DNA from: an uncultured Eubacteriales bacterium
Lineage (GTDB): Bacteria; Acidobacteriota; Aminicenantia; Aminicenantales; Saccharicenantaceae
Direction: 5' to 3'
Length of the DNA stretch: 64,000 nucleotides
NCBI GenBank assembly: GCA_964525875.1
Contig: CAZGJS010000010.1
Coordinates: 38,168-102,167 of the forward strand
This document shows, in pieces, positions 39,880-48,820 of the stretch. Below the pieces are notes generated by a model. That model saw nothing but the letters and a program-made list of their open reading frames with translations. It ran no database searches and had not been told where the DNA came from. Position numbers and translations under genes: made by a program. Numbering within the stretch: the stretch's first letter is position 1; the number at the start of each line of letters is the position of its first letter.

Positions 39880-41808
39880 TCAGGGTGTCTTCGAAAACCT
39901 CGATAGGACGTCGTTGTTGATGCGGAGGAAGGCGTCGTAGTTGATCCGGACCTTCTTCTCAGTGCGGGCCTTGGCCATGTAGGACTGCAGGAACTTGTTC
40001 TTTTCCTGCTCGAGCAGGGTGTCCCGCTCCGTCGCCTTGACCTTATCGAATTCCTCGCGGCTGACTTCCTTCTTCTCGAGGACGCGGAAGAGGGCGTAGC
40101 CCGCGTCGACGGCGAGCGGCTCGCTCGCCTGCTTGAGGGGCAGGCCGAAGACGAGACGGTCGACCTCGGGGCTCTCGCCGACGAGGGTCAGGTACTGCTC
40201 TTTCTTATGGGCCTCGACGAATTGGTACTCGAGCTTGAGCTTGGGGGCCTCCGCGCTCCAGTCGTCCTTGAGGGACGCCCGGACTCCGCGGAGCTTTTCC
40301 AGGGCCTTCTCCTTTTTCAGGCCGTCGAGGACGTCCTTCTCGACCTGGTCGCGGACCTCCTCGAACTTCGCCGGCCGTTCGGGCTCGACGGCCTGGAGCT
40401 GGGCCAAGGCTTCGCCGGCGTAGGTGAAGACCGGCGCCGAGATCTCCTTCGCCTTGAGGCCGAAGAGGGCTTCACTCACGGCGCCCGCGCTGTCGAAATC
40501 GCCCAGAGCGTCGCCCTTCTTGAGAGCGCCCGTCGAGCTCACTTTGAGCCCTTCCTTTTGGGCGGCGACGTCGAGGTTCTTCTCCTTGCGGGCCGATTTC
40601 TCGAGGCGCTGGATCCTCTCGGCGACCAGGGCCCGCGCCTTCTGGTCCCCGAGGATGCCCTTGATCGTGGCGCTCACCTCGGCCAGCGGCTTGGTCACGG
40701 CCGGCGCCTTCTCGGTGACCTTGAAGACGGCCGCCCCGCCCTCGGTCTCGACGACGTCGGACACGCCGTCCTTGTCGAGCTTCTCGACGGCCGCGGTCTC
40801 CACGGCGGTCAGGGATTTCCAGTCGAAGAGCCCCCAGTCGCCGCCGGTCGCGGCCTTGTCATCCTTGGAGAAGGCCTTGGCCAAGCCGGCGAAGTCCTCG
40901 CCGCCCGTGGCCCTCTTCCGGACGTCGCGCGCCTGGGCCAGGACGGACTCCCGGTCGGCGGCGGTGAAGGGCAGCCAGACCCGGCTGGCCCGGACCTTAT
41001 CGGGCTCCTGGAATTGGGCCATGTTGTCCTTGTAGTACTTGTCGATCTCGGCGTCCTTGACCGCGACCTCTTTCTTGAGGTCTTCGGTCTTCACGACGAG
41101 GTAGTCGGCGGTCCGCTTTTCGGGGATCCTGTACCCCGCGGCGTTCTTGTCGAAGTGGGCCCGGAGCTCGGCCTCGGCCGGCTTTTCGGTGACCTCGACC
41201 TTGGCCGTATCGGCGACGAGGTACTCGATCTTGGCCGAGTCGTTCTGCTTCCGGTAGCCTTCCCAGACCGCTTCGTCGGCGACGATGATGCCGGCCGTCA
41301 GGACGCGGACGACCTTGCCGATGATGACGTCCTGCCTCAGGCCGTCCTCGAAATCCCCGAGCGGGATGCGGTTGTAGTCCAGGACCCGCTTGTATTCCTC
41401 GAAGCCGATGAACTGCCCGTCCCTCTGGAACGCGGGATAGGCGACGATCTTCGCCCGGACTTCTTTGTCGGTCGCCCGCAGGCCCATGTCCGAGGCTATC
41501 TGGAGGAGGAGCCTCTGTTGAACGAGCTGTTCCAGGGTCTGCTGGGGGACGCCGAGCTGCTGAATGAGGTTGGCGTTGAGGTCGCCGAACTGCTTCTGCA
41601 TGGCCTCGAGCCGCGAGCGGAGGGCCTGGAAATATTCGTCGGAGGAGATCCTCTCGCCGCCGACGTTGGCCAGCGTGTCGGCCCTGGTTTCCTCGCCGAC
41701 CCGGCCCGCGCCGCCCCAGATGGCGAAGATGGCGACGATGAACGTTGCAACGACGATCCACATGATGGGTTTGAGCGACTTCACGTTGCGTCTCATGGTC
41801 TTCAGCAT
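39880..41808 (-). CDS. PpiD-like SurA-N/parvulin peptidyl-prolyl isomerase
   Basis: MLKTMR start, N-terminal TM, GEDFAGLAKAFSKD..GGDWG parvulin motif. Confidence 0.88.
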   Translation of the reverse strand: MLKTMRRNVKSLKPIMWIVVATFIVAIFAIWGGAGRVGEETRADTLANVGGERISSDEYFQALRSRLEAMQKQFGDLNANLIQQLGVPQQTLEQLVQQRLLLQIASDMGLRATDKEVRAKIVAYPAFQRDGQFIGFEEYKRVLDYNRIPLGDFEDGLRQDVIIGKVVRVLTAGIIVADEAVWEGYRKQNDSAKIEYLVADTAKVEVTEKPAEAELRAHFDKNAAGYRIPEKRTADYLVVKTEDLKKEVAVKDAEIDKYYKDNMAQFQEPDKVRASRVWLPFTAADRESVLAQARDVRKRATGGEDFAGLAKAFSKDDKAATGGDWGLFDWKSLTAVETAAVEKLDKDGVSDVVETEGGAAVFKVTEKAPAVTKPLAEVSATIKGILGDQKARALVAERIQRLEKSARKEKNLDVAAQKEGLKVSSTGALKKGDALGDFDSAGAVSEALFGLKAKEISAPVFTYAGEALAQLQAVEPERPAKFEEVRDQVEKDVLDGLKKEKALEKLRGVRASLKDDWSAEAPKLKLEYQFVEAHKKEQYLTLVGESPEVDRLVFGLPLKQASEPLAVDAGYALFRVLEKKEVSREEFDKVKATERDTLLEQEKNKFLQSYMAKARTEKKVRINYDAFLRINNDVLSRFSKTP

Positions 41809-41812
41809 GGGT

Positions 41813-42355
41813 TCACCTCGAGTGGGTTGCGGTCGGCCGCTTGGGCCGTCCTGCGCGTTCCCGGCGTGCTCGTTCCTTGTCGAAAAGAGGGCGGAGTTTC
41901 TTGTAGGTCGTGTCCAGGTCCTCGATGAAGACCCGCGTCGCCCCGACGAGGGGCATGAAATTGGCGTCCCCCGTCCAGCGGGGGACGACATGGAGATGGT
42001 AGTGCCCGGCGACCCCCGCTCCGGCGCTCGCGCCCAGATTCATGCCGGTGTTGAACCCGTGGGGAGCGTAGCTCGCGCGGAGGACGCGGAGGGCGACCTG
42101 GAGCAGGTCGGCTAGTTCGGCCCGCTCGTCGGGGCGGGCCTCGGCGAAGTCCGCCACGTGCCGCTTGGGAGCGATCAGGATGTGGCCGGGCGTGTAGGGG
42201 TACCTGTTCAGCAGGATGAAGTTGCGGCGGCCCCGGTAGAGGACGGCCGCGGAGCGGTCGTCGCGGCTCTTCAGGGCCTCGCAAAAAATGCAGCGTTTCA
42301 TGCTCAGGGCTTTGCGGACGTAGTCGGCTCTCCAGGGCGCGGAGATATAGCGCAT
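41813..42355 (-). CDS. HIT family hydrolase
   Basis: APWR, CIFC, LNRYPYTPGH, HYHLHVVPRW. Confidence 0.92.
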   Translation of the reverse strand: MRYISAPWRADYVRKALSMKRCIFCEALKSRDDRSAAVLYRGRRNFILLNRYPYTPGHILIAPKRHVADFAEARPDERAELADLLQVALRVLRASYAPHGFNTGMNLGASAGAGVAGHYHLHVVPRWTGDANFMPLVGATRVFIEDLDTTYKKLRPLFDKERARRERAGRPKRPTATHSR

Positions 42356-42630
42356 TACTTGTTGATCAGCTCCTTGAGGAGCTTGCTCGGCTTGAAGTAG
42401 AGGACCTTTTTCGGCGGGACCTTCACCGGCTCGCCCGTCCGGGGATTGCGCCCGGCGCGCGAGGTCCGTTTGCGGAAGCGGAAACTGCCGAAACCGCGGA
42501 TCTCGATCTCTTCGCCCCTGAGGATGGCCTCGCGGATCGTCTCGAAGAACAGGTTCACGCCCTCTTCGGCTTCCTGCTTCGGGATGCTCATCTCCTGGGA
42601 GATCTTGTTGATCAGATCGGCCTTAATCAT
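42355..42630 (-). CDS. ihfB: Integration host factor beta / HU family DNA-binding protein
   Basis: IEIRGFGSF, GRNPRTGE, FKPSKLL. Follows rpsA. Confidence 0.85.
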   Translation of the reverse strand: MIKADLINKISQEMSIPKQEAEEGVNLFFETIREAILRGEEIEIRGFGSFRFRKRTSRAGRNPRTGEPVKVPPKKVLYFKPSKLLKELINK

Positions 42631-44371
42631 GGGAGTCCTCCTTTTTGGTCCTCTTCTTCGGAGCGCTGAAGCCTTTCAGCTGGTCTTTCATGATGTCGCC
42701 GAGGGTCATCCGGTCGTTCTGCGTGTCCATGAAGCGCTGGAAATCCTGCTTCTCTATGTCGTACAGCGCTTGCTTGAAGCTCAGGGAGATCTTCTTGGCC
42801 TTGGGGTTCAGCCGGATGATCTTGGCGTTCCGCTCGTCGCCGACGGCGAAGCCGTCGGAGGGTTTCTCGAGCTTTTTCTCGTCGAGCTCCGAGGTGAAGA
42901 TGACCCCCTCGATGCCCGGGATGATCTCGACGAAGGCGCCGAAGTCCGTCAGGCGGACGATCTTGACCTTGACGATGTCGCCGGCTTTCTGGCGGCTGAA
43001 GAAATCCTCCCAGATGTCCCCCTCGAGCTGCTTTATCCCCAGGGAGACCTTCTGCCTGTCGATGTCGATGTTGAGGACGAGGGTCTCGACCTCCTGGCCG
43101 GGCTGGAGCTTCTCGGACGGGTGCTTGACCTTCTCCCAGCTGATGTCGGAGATGTGGACGAGCCCTTCGATGCCCTTCTCGACCTCGACGAAGGCGCCGA
43201 AATCGGTCAGGCTGGTCACTACGCCCTTGACCCGGGCGCCGACACCGTGCTTCTGCTTGAAGGTCTCCAGAGGATGGGGAGAGACCTGCTTGAGGCCGAG
43301 GGAGATGCGCTTCGTCGTCGGGTTGACGTCGAGGATGGTTACGGTGACCTCCTGGCCCGGGCTCAGGACTTTCTTGGGATGGACAAGCTTGCGGGACCAG
43401 GTCAGGTCGGAGATGTGAACAAGCCCTTCGACGCCCTTCTCGAGCTCGACGAAAGCGCCGAAGTCGGTCAGGCTCGAGACTTTCCCGGTGATTTTCTGCC
43501 CGGCCTGGTATTTCTCGGCGATGTTCGCCCAGGGGTCGGGCGTGAGCTGCTTCAGCCCGAGGGAGATCTTCTCGTCCCTCTCGTTGAAGTCGAGGACGAC
43601 GACCTCGACCTGCTGGCCGGCGCTCAGGTGCTCGGCCGGATGGGTGCCCTTGCCCCAGGAGATGTCCGAGATGTGGAGAAGGCCCTCGATGCCGCCGAGG
43701 TCGATGAAGGCGCCGAAGTTGGTCAGGGACTTGACCTGCCCTGTGAGCTTCTGCCCCTTGACCAGGTTCCCGAACACCCGCTTCATTTTCTCCTCCCGCT
43801 CGTCCTGGAGGAGAAGCTTGCGCGAAAGGACGGCGTTATCGGTCCTCCGGTCGTATTTCATGACCCGGAACTTGAAGCTCTTCCCGATGAGGGCGGAAGC
43901 GTCCCTAACCGGTCTGATGTCGACGTGGGATTCGGGCAGGAAGGCCGGGATGCCGACGTCGACGTTGAACCCGCCCTTGGTCCTTTCCGTGATCGTACCC
44001 GTGACCGTCAGGCCGTGCTCGAAGGCCTGGCCCAGGTTCTCGACGGCGCGGAGGCCGTCCGCGCGCTTCTTGGACAGAACGAGGTAGCCGTCCTTGATGT
44101 CGGTATTCTCGAGCATGGTCTCGACTTCGCTGCCGGGCCGCAGTTCCGCGAGCGCCTTGAGGTCGGTGAAATCCTCGTTGGGGATGAGGCCTTCGGTCTT
44201 GAAGCCGATATCCACGAGGACATGGGTCGGGGTCTTTTTGATGACCTTCCCCTTGAGGATCTTCCCCATGGTGATTTCCGTGGTACTGAATTGGTAGCGG
44301 TCCAGCAGGTTTTCGTAGTCTTGCGACGACATCTTGTCGTCGTGGTCCGGCTGTTTGGTCGACTCGGTCAT
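42623..44371 (-). CDS. rpsA: 30S ribosomal protein S1
   Basis: Repeated S1 domains (FGAFV...EGLVHISD, RISLGLKQ). Confidence 0.96.
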   Translation of the reverse strand: MTESTKQPDHDDKMSSQDYENLLDRYQFSTTEITMGKILKGKVIKKTPTHVLVDIGFKTEGLIPNEDFTDLKALAELRPGSEVETMLENTDIKDGYLVLSKKRADGLRAVENLGQAFEHGLTVTGTITERTKGGFNVDVGIPAFLPESHVDIRPVRDASALIGKSFKFRVMKYDRRTDNAVLSRKLLLQDEREEKMKRVFGNLVKGQKLTGQVKSLTNFGAFIDLGGIEGLLHISDISWGKGTHPAEHLSAGQQVEVVVLDFNERDEKISLGLKQLTPDPWANIAEKYQAGQKITGKVSSLTDFGAFVELEKGVEGLVHISDLTWSRKLVHPKKVLSPGQEVTVTILDVNPTTKRISLGLKQVSPHPLETFKQKHGVGARVKGVVTSLTDFGAFVEVEKGIEGLVHISDISWEKVKHPSEKLQPGQEVETLVLNIDIDRQKVSLGIKQLEGDIWEDFFSRQKAGDIVKVKIVRLTDFGAFVEIIPGIEGVIFTSELDEKKLEKPSDGFAVGDERNAKIIRLNPKAKKISLSFKQALYDIEKQDFQRFMDTQNDRMTLGDIMKDQLKGFSAPKKRTKKEDSHD

Positions 44372-44437
44372 GGCACATTGCTCCTGAAAAGGAAATTCTG
44401 AGGCGTCCCTTCTCCAAGGGCCCGGAAAGAACGATTC

Positions 44438-44466
44438 ATACTATACAAGAAACATCGCGTTGTCAA
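44438..44466 (-). promoter_or_regulatory. Putative sigma70 promoter of rpsA
   Basis: Minus strand TTGACA-N17-TAGTAT. Confidence 0.65.
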
Positions 44467-44498
44467 CTCTAAGTCAAGGCCTTGTCTACACTTAGAGA

Positions 44499-45047
44499 CT
44501 AAGCGTCGACGGCCTTTTCCTCCTGCAGGATCTTAGCGATCTCCTCCTCGGAGGGAAGCTCGTCGAGGCCGTTGAGCCCCAGGTAGAGAAGGAACTCGTC
44601 GGACGTCCTGTAGACGAGCGGGCTTCCCGGTGCCTTCTTCCGTCCGACGATCTTGATCAGGCCTTTTTCGAGGAGCGTCTTCAGCGAGGAGGTCGAATCG
44701 ACGCCCCGGATCGCCGAGACCTCGGCCTGGGTCACCGGCTGGCGGTAGGCGATCGCGGCCAGTGTCTCGAGCCCGGCCGACGTTAGCCTGTTCTTGCGCT
44801 CGATCTGGAGGAGGCGTCGGATCTCCCGGTCGAAGGCCGGCTTGGTCGAGAACAGCCAGCCGCCTCCGACATGGATGATCTGGATGCCGCGGCTGTCCGC
44901 AGCGGTGTCGGCGACGAGATCGTCGACGGCGGACTGGATGTCGGCGGCCGGGACGCCCTCGAGCACGGCTTGGATCCGTTCCAAGTTCAGGGGCTCCTGG
45001 GAGACGAAGATGAGCGACTCGACGATGTTCTTGAGGGGGCTATTCAT
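44499..45047 (-). CDS. scpB: SMC-Scp complex subunit ScpB
   Basis: LETLAAIAYRQPVT, IRGVDS, YRTSDEFL. Confidence 0.95.
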   Translation of the reverse strand: MNSPLKNIVESLIFVSQEPLNLERIQAVLEGVPAADIQSAVDDLVADTAADSRGIQIIHVGGGWLFSTKPAFDREIRRLLQIERKNRLTSAGLETLAAIAYRQPVTQAEVSAIRGVDSTSSLKTLLEKGLIKIVGRKKAPGSPLVYRTSDEFLLYLGLNGLDELPSEEEIAKILQEEKAVDA

Positions 45048-45837
45048 GATGATCCGTCCTGTGGGCGTCCTTACGGAGCCAGACCCGGATGGTCTGGAAG
45101 AGCTCGTCCTGGACGGCGACCGCCACCCGGGACTTGACCAGCTCGAGGATGCAGAAAAAGGAGACCAGGGCCTCCTCGAGCGAGGCGTTGGCCTCGAAAT
45201 ACTCGAGGAAGTCGAACATGTGCCGTTCCCGGAGGAGGCCGACGAGTTCCTTCATCTTGCCCTCGATCGAGACGTCCCGGCCGCGGATCGTCCGGGTTTC
45301 GTCGGCGGACCGTCGCTTCATCATGAGGAAGAACGACTCGGACAGCTCGAAGAGCGACAGCTCCACGGGTTCGAGCTCGCTTTCGCCGCGGAGAGGCGGG
45401 ATGAAATTTCTCTTCCACTGGAGGATCTGGACGTCCTCCCGTTCCCGGAGGAGGGAACAGGCGGCCTTGATCTTCTGGTATTCGAGGAGGCGGTTGACCA
45501 GGACCAGGCGCGGGTCCTCGTGCTCGGCCAGGTCGGTCTCGCGGGGCAGGAGCATCTGAGACTTGATGTAGATCAGGAGTGCCGCGACGAACAGGAACTC
45601 CGCCTCGCGGTCGAGATTGATCTCGGTCTTGCGGTCGAGATATTCGAGGTAGTTGCGGGTGATGGCGGCGATGGGGATGTCGTGGATGTCGATCTTCTTC
45701 TTGCGGATGAGGAAGAGGAGGAGGTCCAGGGGGCCTTCGAAGACGTCCAGGCGGACCTGGTAGCCCTCCGGCGTCTCCGCGGACGGCGAGGCCGGAGTCT
45801 CCTCGGTCGGCAGGGTTTCGGCGGCTGGTTCGGGCAT
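45040..45837 (-). CDS. scpA: Segregation and condensation protein ScpA
   Basis: FEGPLDLLLFLI, KSQMLLP, RLLEYQ, ILELVK. Confidence 0.95.
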   Translation of the reverse strand: MPEPAAETLPTEETPASPSAETPEGYQVRLDVFEGPLDLLLFLIRKKKIDIHDIPIAAITRNYLEYLDRKTEINLDREAEFLFVAALLIYIKSQMLLPRETDLAEHEDPRLVLVNRLLEYQKIKAACSLLREREDVQILQWKRNFIPPLRGESELEPVELSLFELSESFFLMMKRRSADETRTIRGRDVSIEGKMKELVGLLRERHMFDFLEYFEANASLEEALVSFFCILELVKSRVAVAVQDELFQTIRVWLRKDAHRTDHHE

Positions 45838-45838
45838 G

Positions 45839-46519
45839 CTAGAAAAAAACGAGGGTCAGGATGACGATCTGAAGGGGCCGGATGATGATGTCGAGGACTC
45901 CGATCGAAATCAGGGCGACGACGATGATGAAACCGTAGGGCCTGAGGCGGTCGTATTTCGCCGCGGCCTGGTCGGAGAGAACGCCGGCCAGGACGCCGCT
46001 CCCGTCGAGGGGGGGCACCGGGATGAGGTTGAAGACGGCCAGATAGGTGTTGACGAGGACGGCGTAGAACAGGATGAGGGCCAGCCCCTCGAGCGGATAG
46101 AAGCCCCGGGGAAAAGGCTGGCGTTCGATGAGGAAGTTCCTGAGGAACGCGGACGTGCCGGGATTCATCGCTTTCATCAGCAGGATGAGGGCGAGCGAGG
46201 CGGCCGCTGCGATCAGGTTGGCGGCCGGGCCGGAGAGGGAGATCCAGAGGTTGTCGCGGCGAGGATGCCTGAGGTTGCGGGGATTGACCATGACCGGCTT
46301 GGCCCAGCCGAAGGCCGGGGCGCCGATGGCGACGAGGATGAGCGGGAGGAGGACGGTGCCGAAGGGGTCGATGTGGGCCAGGGGATTCAGGGACACCCGG
46401 CCCATGGCGGCCGCGGTGGGATCGCCGAATTTTGAGGCCGTCCAGGCGTGGGACGCCTCATGGATGGTGATGGCGAAGAGAAAGGCGAAGAGGCTGATGA
46501 CGATCGAAAGGATATCCAT
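45839..46519 (-). CDS. Site-2 protease (M50) family protein
   Basis: HEASH, NPLAHIDPFG, FNLIPVPPLDG. Confidence 0.93.
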   Translation of the reverse strand: MDILSIVISLFAFLFAITIHEASHAWTASKFGDPTAAAMGRVSLNPLAHIDPFGTVLLPLILVAIGAPAFGWAKPVMVNPRNLRHPRRDNLWISLSGPAANLIAAAASLALILLMKAMNPGTSAFLRNFLIERQPFPRGFYPLEGLALILFYAVLVNTYLAVFNLIPVPPLDGSGVLAGVLSDQAAAKYDRLRPYGFIIVVALISIGVLDIIIRPLQIVILTLVFF

Positions 46520-46569
46520 GGGTTATCCGAACATCTTTTATAGCACACAAAACGGAATCCGTAAACTAT

Positions 46570-46832
46570 GACGCCGCCCGTTTTGGCAGCGATGGGGACC
46601 ATGCATCTCCCCCGGCCCCCCCGGGAACCAGTCCCGGCGGTCGGCCAGGGAATCTTCCAATATTGCGAATCTTCTGAGGCCTGATATCCAAGGCTCGACT
46701 CAGATATTTCCCAGAAGTGCGGCTCCGGGCCGCTCCGCCGCACTTCTGATGGTCGCTTCTCAGAATCCGCTCCCTGCCGCCCCTCCGCTACGGAGGCTAT
46801 GCATGGCCCCCATCACTGCCCGGGCGGCCGTC
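46570..46832 (-). repeat. Structured dispersed element family D, copy 3, carrying module E
   Basis: Same stems and core as copies 1 and 2. The variable slot is expanded to ~138 nt (46642-46779) and includes the module seen at 1781. Confidence 0.88.
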
Positions 46833-46865
46833 GAGGAGCGTCAGCTGGACTTGGCCCGGCCGGTC

Positions 46866-48731
46866 TCAGTCGAGCCGGAAGTTGTCGAGCCAAAGCGAGA
46901 ACGGGCCGGGTTTTCTGGAGGCCCCGATAAAGATGCCCATGACGTCGTTTCCCTTGAGCCCGAAATCGGTGAACGGGAACTCGAACTTGTGCCACTCTGC
47001 TCCCGGAGCGAACGGCCGGGCGACGGGGACGAAGCCGCGGCTCTGGGCGAAGATCATGACCGCGAATTCCTGACCCTCGCCCGTGGCCCAGAAGCTGAGA
47101 CCCCTAGAGGAGGACAGGTCGGCAGGAGCCATCATCGTGGGCCCCGGCGAAAAAAACGCCCCGGCCCAGAGGTTGGCCCCGCCCGGAACGGTCTCGCCGG
47201 TGACGAGCAGGGCTTGGCGGCTTCCTTCGGCGCCGCCCTCGACGAGGCGCATCTGGGCCTTCGATTTTCCGCCGGCCATGGTGTCCGTGGAGATCATCCA
47301 TCCGGCCCCGAACGAGGCCGAGACCTGCTTTCCCTCGAAATCGCTGATCGATCCTGACCTGGAATGCTCGGGGCTGCGGTCGTCCGGAGCCCGTGCGGCC
47401 CCGGCCCTTTCCGCAGCCGCTTCTTCTTTATAACGGCCGCGGTCCACGGGGACGCCGTCCTTCCAGACAGCGACGATGTCGCGCGTTGCATCGATGTTGA
47501 CGGAGGGGTCGCCGTTGACCAGGACCAGGTCGGCCAGCCCCCCGGCCCGGACGACCCCGCGTCCGGCCAGGCCGAACTTAGCGGCCGGGATCGAGGTCCC
47601 GGCCCGGAGCGCCTCGAGCGGAGTCAACCCTGCCTGGACGAGAAGGGCCAGTTCGCCGTGAAGGCTCGCGCCGTAGGCCGTGCCGGGATTCGGCGCGTCG
47701 GTCCCGGCCAGGATGGGAACGCCCGCGGCCTTGAGCAGGGGGACCGCCGCTTCGGCCGCCTGGTAGGAGGACGGCTTCATCCTGAAGCCGAAGCTCATTT
47801 GAAGACCCTGGATGTCGGAGGACTTGAGGTAGGGGGAAAGATGCAGGTCTTTGACGACGGCCGCAGCCATGGCCTGGTCGCCGAGTCCCTGGATGACGCT
47901 CAGGGTGGGGATGACGAACGCTTTTTTCCGGGCGGCGAGCCGCCCGAATCCCGGGTCGGACGCGCCGTCGAAGAAGAGATGGGCCAGCCCGTCGACTCCC
48001 GCCTCCAGGGAGTCCCGGCAATTCTCGAGCGTCGCCGCGTGGATGATAGCCATCTTGTTCCGGGAGTGAGCGGCTTCGACGAGGGCGGAGATCGTGGCCA
48101 TGTCGAGCGTCGGCCGGGGGAACGAATAGGCCGATCCGTCATCCAGAATGATCTTGATGAAATCGGACCCTTCGGCGACCCGGGCGTCGACGAACGCTCG
48201 GGCTTCCCCGGGCCCCCGGAGCGTCGGGATCTGGAGTCCGAACTGTGTCCCGTGACCGCCGGGGGCCGTGGCCAGGATCCCCGGGGAGACGAAGAAGGCC
48301 CGTCCTCCAGCTTTTCCCGCCGCTTGGTCCTCTTTCAGGGTTTTCATCAGGTCGGCGGAGGTGAACATGTCGATGACCGCCGTGACGCCGAAGACGAGCG
48401 ATTGTCGGAGCGCTTCAGCGGTGATGACGTGGACGTGGGCGTCGATGAGCCCGGGGAGGAGGGTCTTCCCCGTCCCGTCGATGACCTCGGCCCCCGCCGG
48501 GGCCTTCGCTTTCGGTCCCACCGCCGTGACCCGGCCGTATTCGAATACGACGTTCGTCTTCGGGACTAGCCGCTCTCCGTCGAAAAGCCGGACGTTCCGG
48601 ATGACGACGGCTCCGCCGGGCGTTTCTGAGCCCCGGGCATTCGCGGCCTTGGGAACCATGACGGCCGCGGCCGCTGCCAGGAGAATAAAAAGAAAGGCAA
48701 AAACATGAGTTATTCGGGATCGTCCGGACAT
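46866..48731 (-). CDS. Secreted amidohydrolase with C-terminal CIA30/CBM11-like domain
   Basis: PGLIDAHVH, GVDGLAH, ILAGTDA, ADLVLVNGDP. C-terminal ISDFE...LDNFRL beta-sandwich. Confidence 0.85.
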   Translation of the reverse strand: MSGRSRITHVFAFLFILLAAAAAVMVPKAANARGSETPGGAVVIRNVRLFDGERLVPKTNVVFEYGRVTAVGPKAKAPAGAEVIDGTGKTLLPGLIDAHVHVITAEALRQSLVFGVTAVIDMFTSADLMKTLKEDQAAGKAGGRAFFVSPGILATAPGGHGTQFGLQIPTLRGPGEARAFVDARVAEGSDFIKIILDDGSAYSFPRPTLDMATISALVEAAHSRNKMAIIHAATLENCRDSLEAGVDGLAHLFFDGASDPGFGRLAARKKAFVIPTLSVIQGLGDQAMAAAVVKDLHLSPYLKSSDIQGLQMSFGFRMKPSSYQAAEAAVPLLKAAGVPILAGTDAPNPGTAYGASLHGELALLVQAGLTPLEALRAGTSIPAAKFGLAGRGVVRAGGLADLVLVNGDPSVNIDATRDIVAVWKDGVPVDRGRYKEEAAAERAGAARAPDDRSPEHSRSGSISDFEGKQVSASFGAGWMISTDTMAGGKSKAQMRLVEGGAEGSRQALLVTGETVPGGANLWAGAFFSPGPTMMAPADLSSSRGLSFWATGEGQEFAVMIFAQSRGFVPVARPFAPGAEWHKFEFPFTDFGLKGNDVMGIFIGASRKPGPFSLWLDNFRLD

Positions 48732-48820
48732 TTCGGGGACCTCCGTTTCAGGGTGCTCGAAGAAATGGATTATACCACGGAGGGCCTGTCCGGTCGCGGG
48801 CGGTCGGAGTCTGGAAGACC

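Noticed and set aside
42623-44371. Internal DNA repeats in rpsA
   Set aside because: They are explained by tandem S1 domains.
44371-44382. TGGCAC-ATTGC sigma-54-like motif at the rpsA start
   Set aside because: The GG-to-GC spacing is too short and the motif points away from rpsA.
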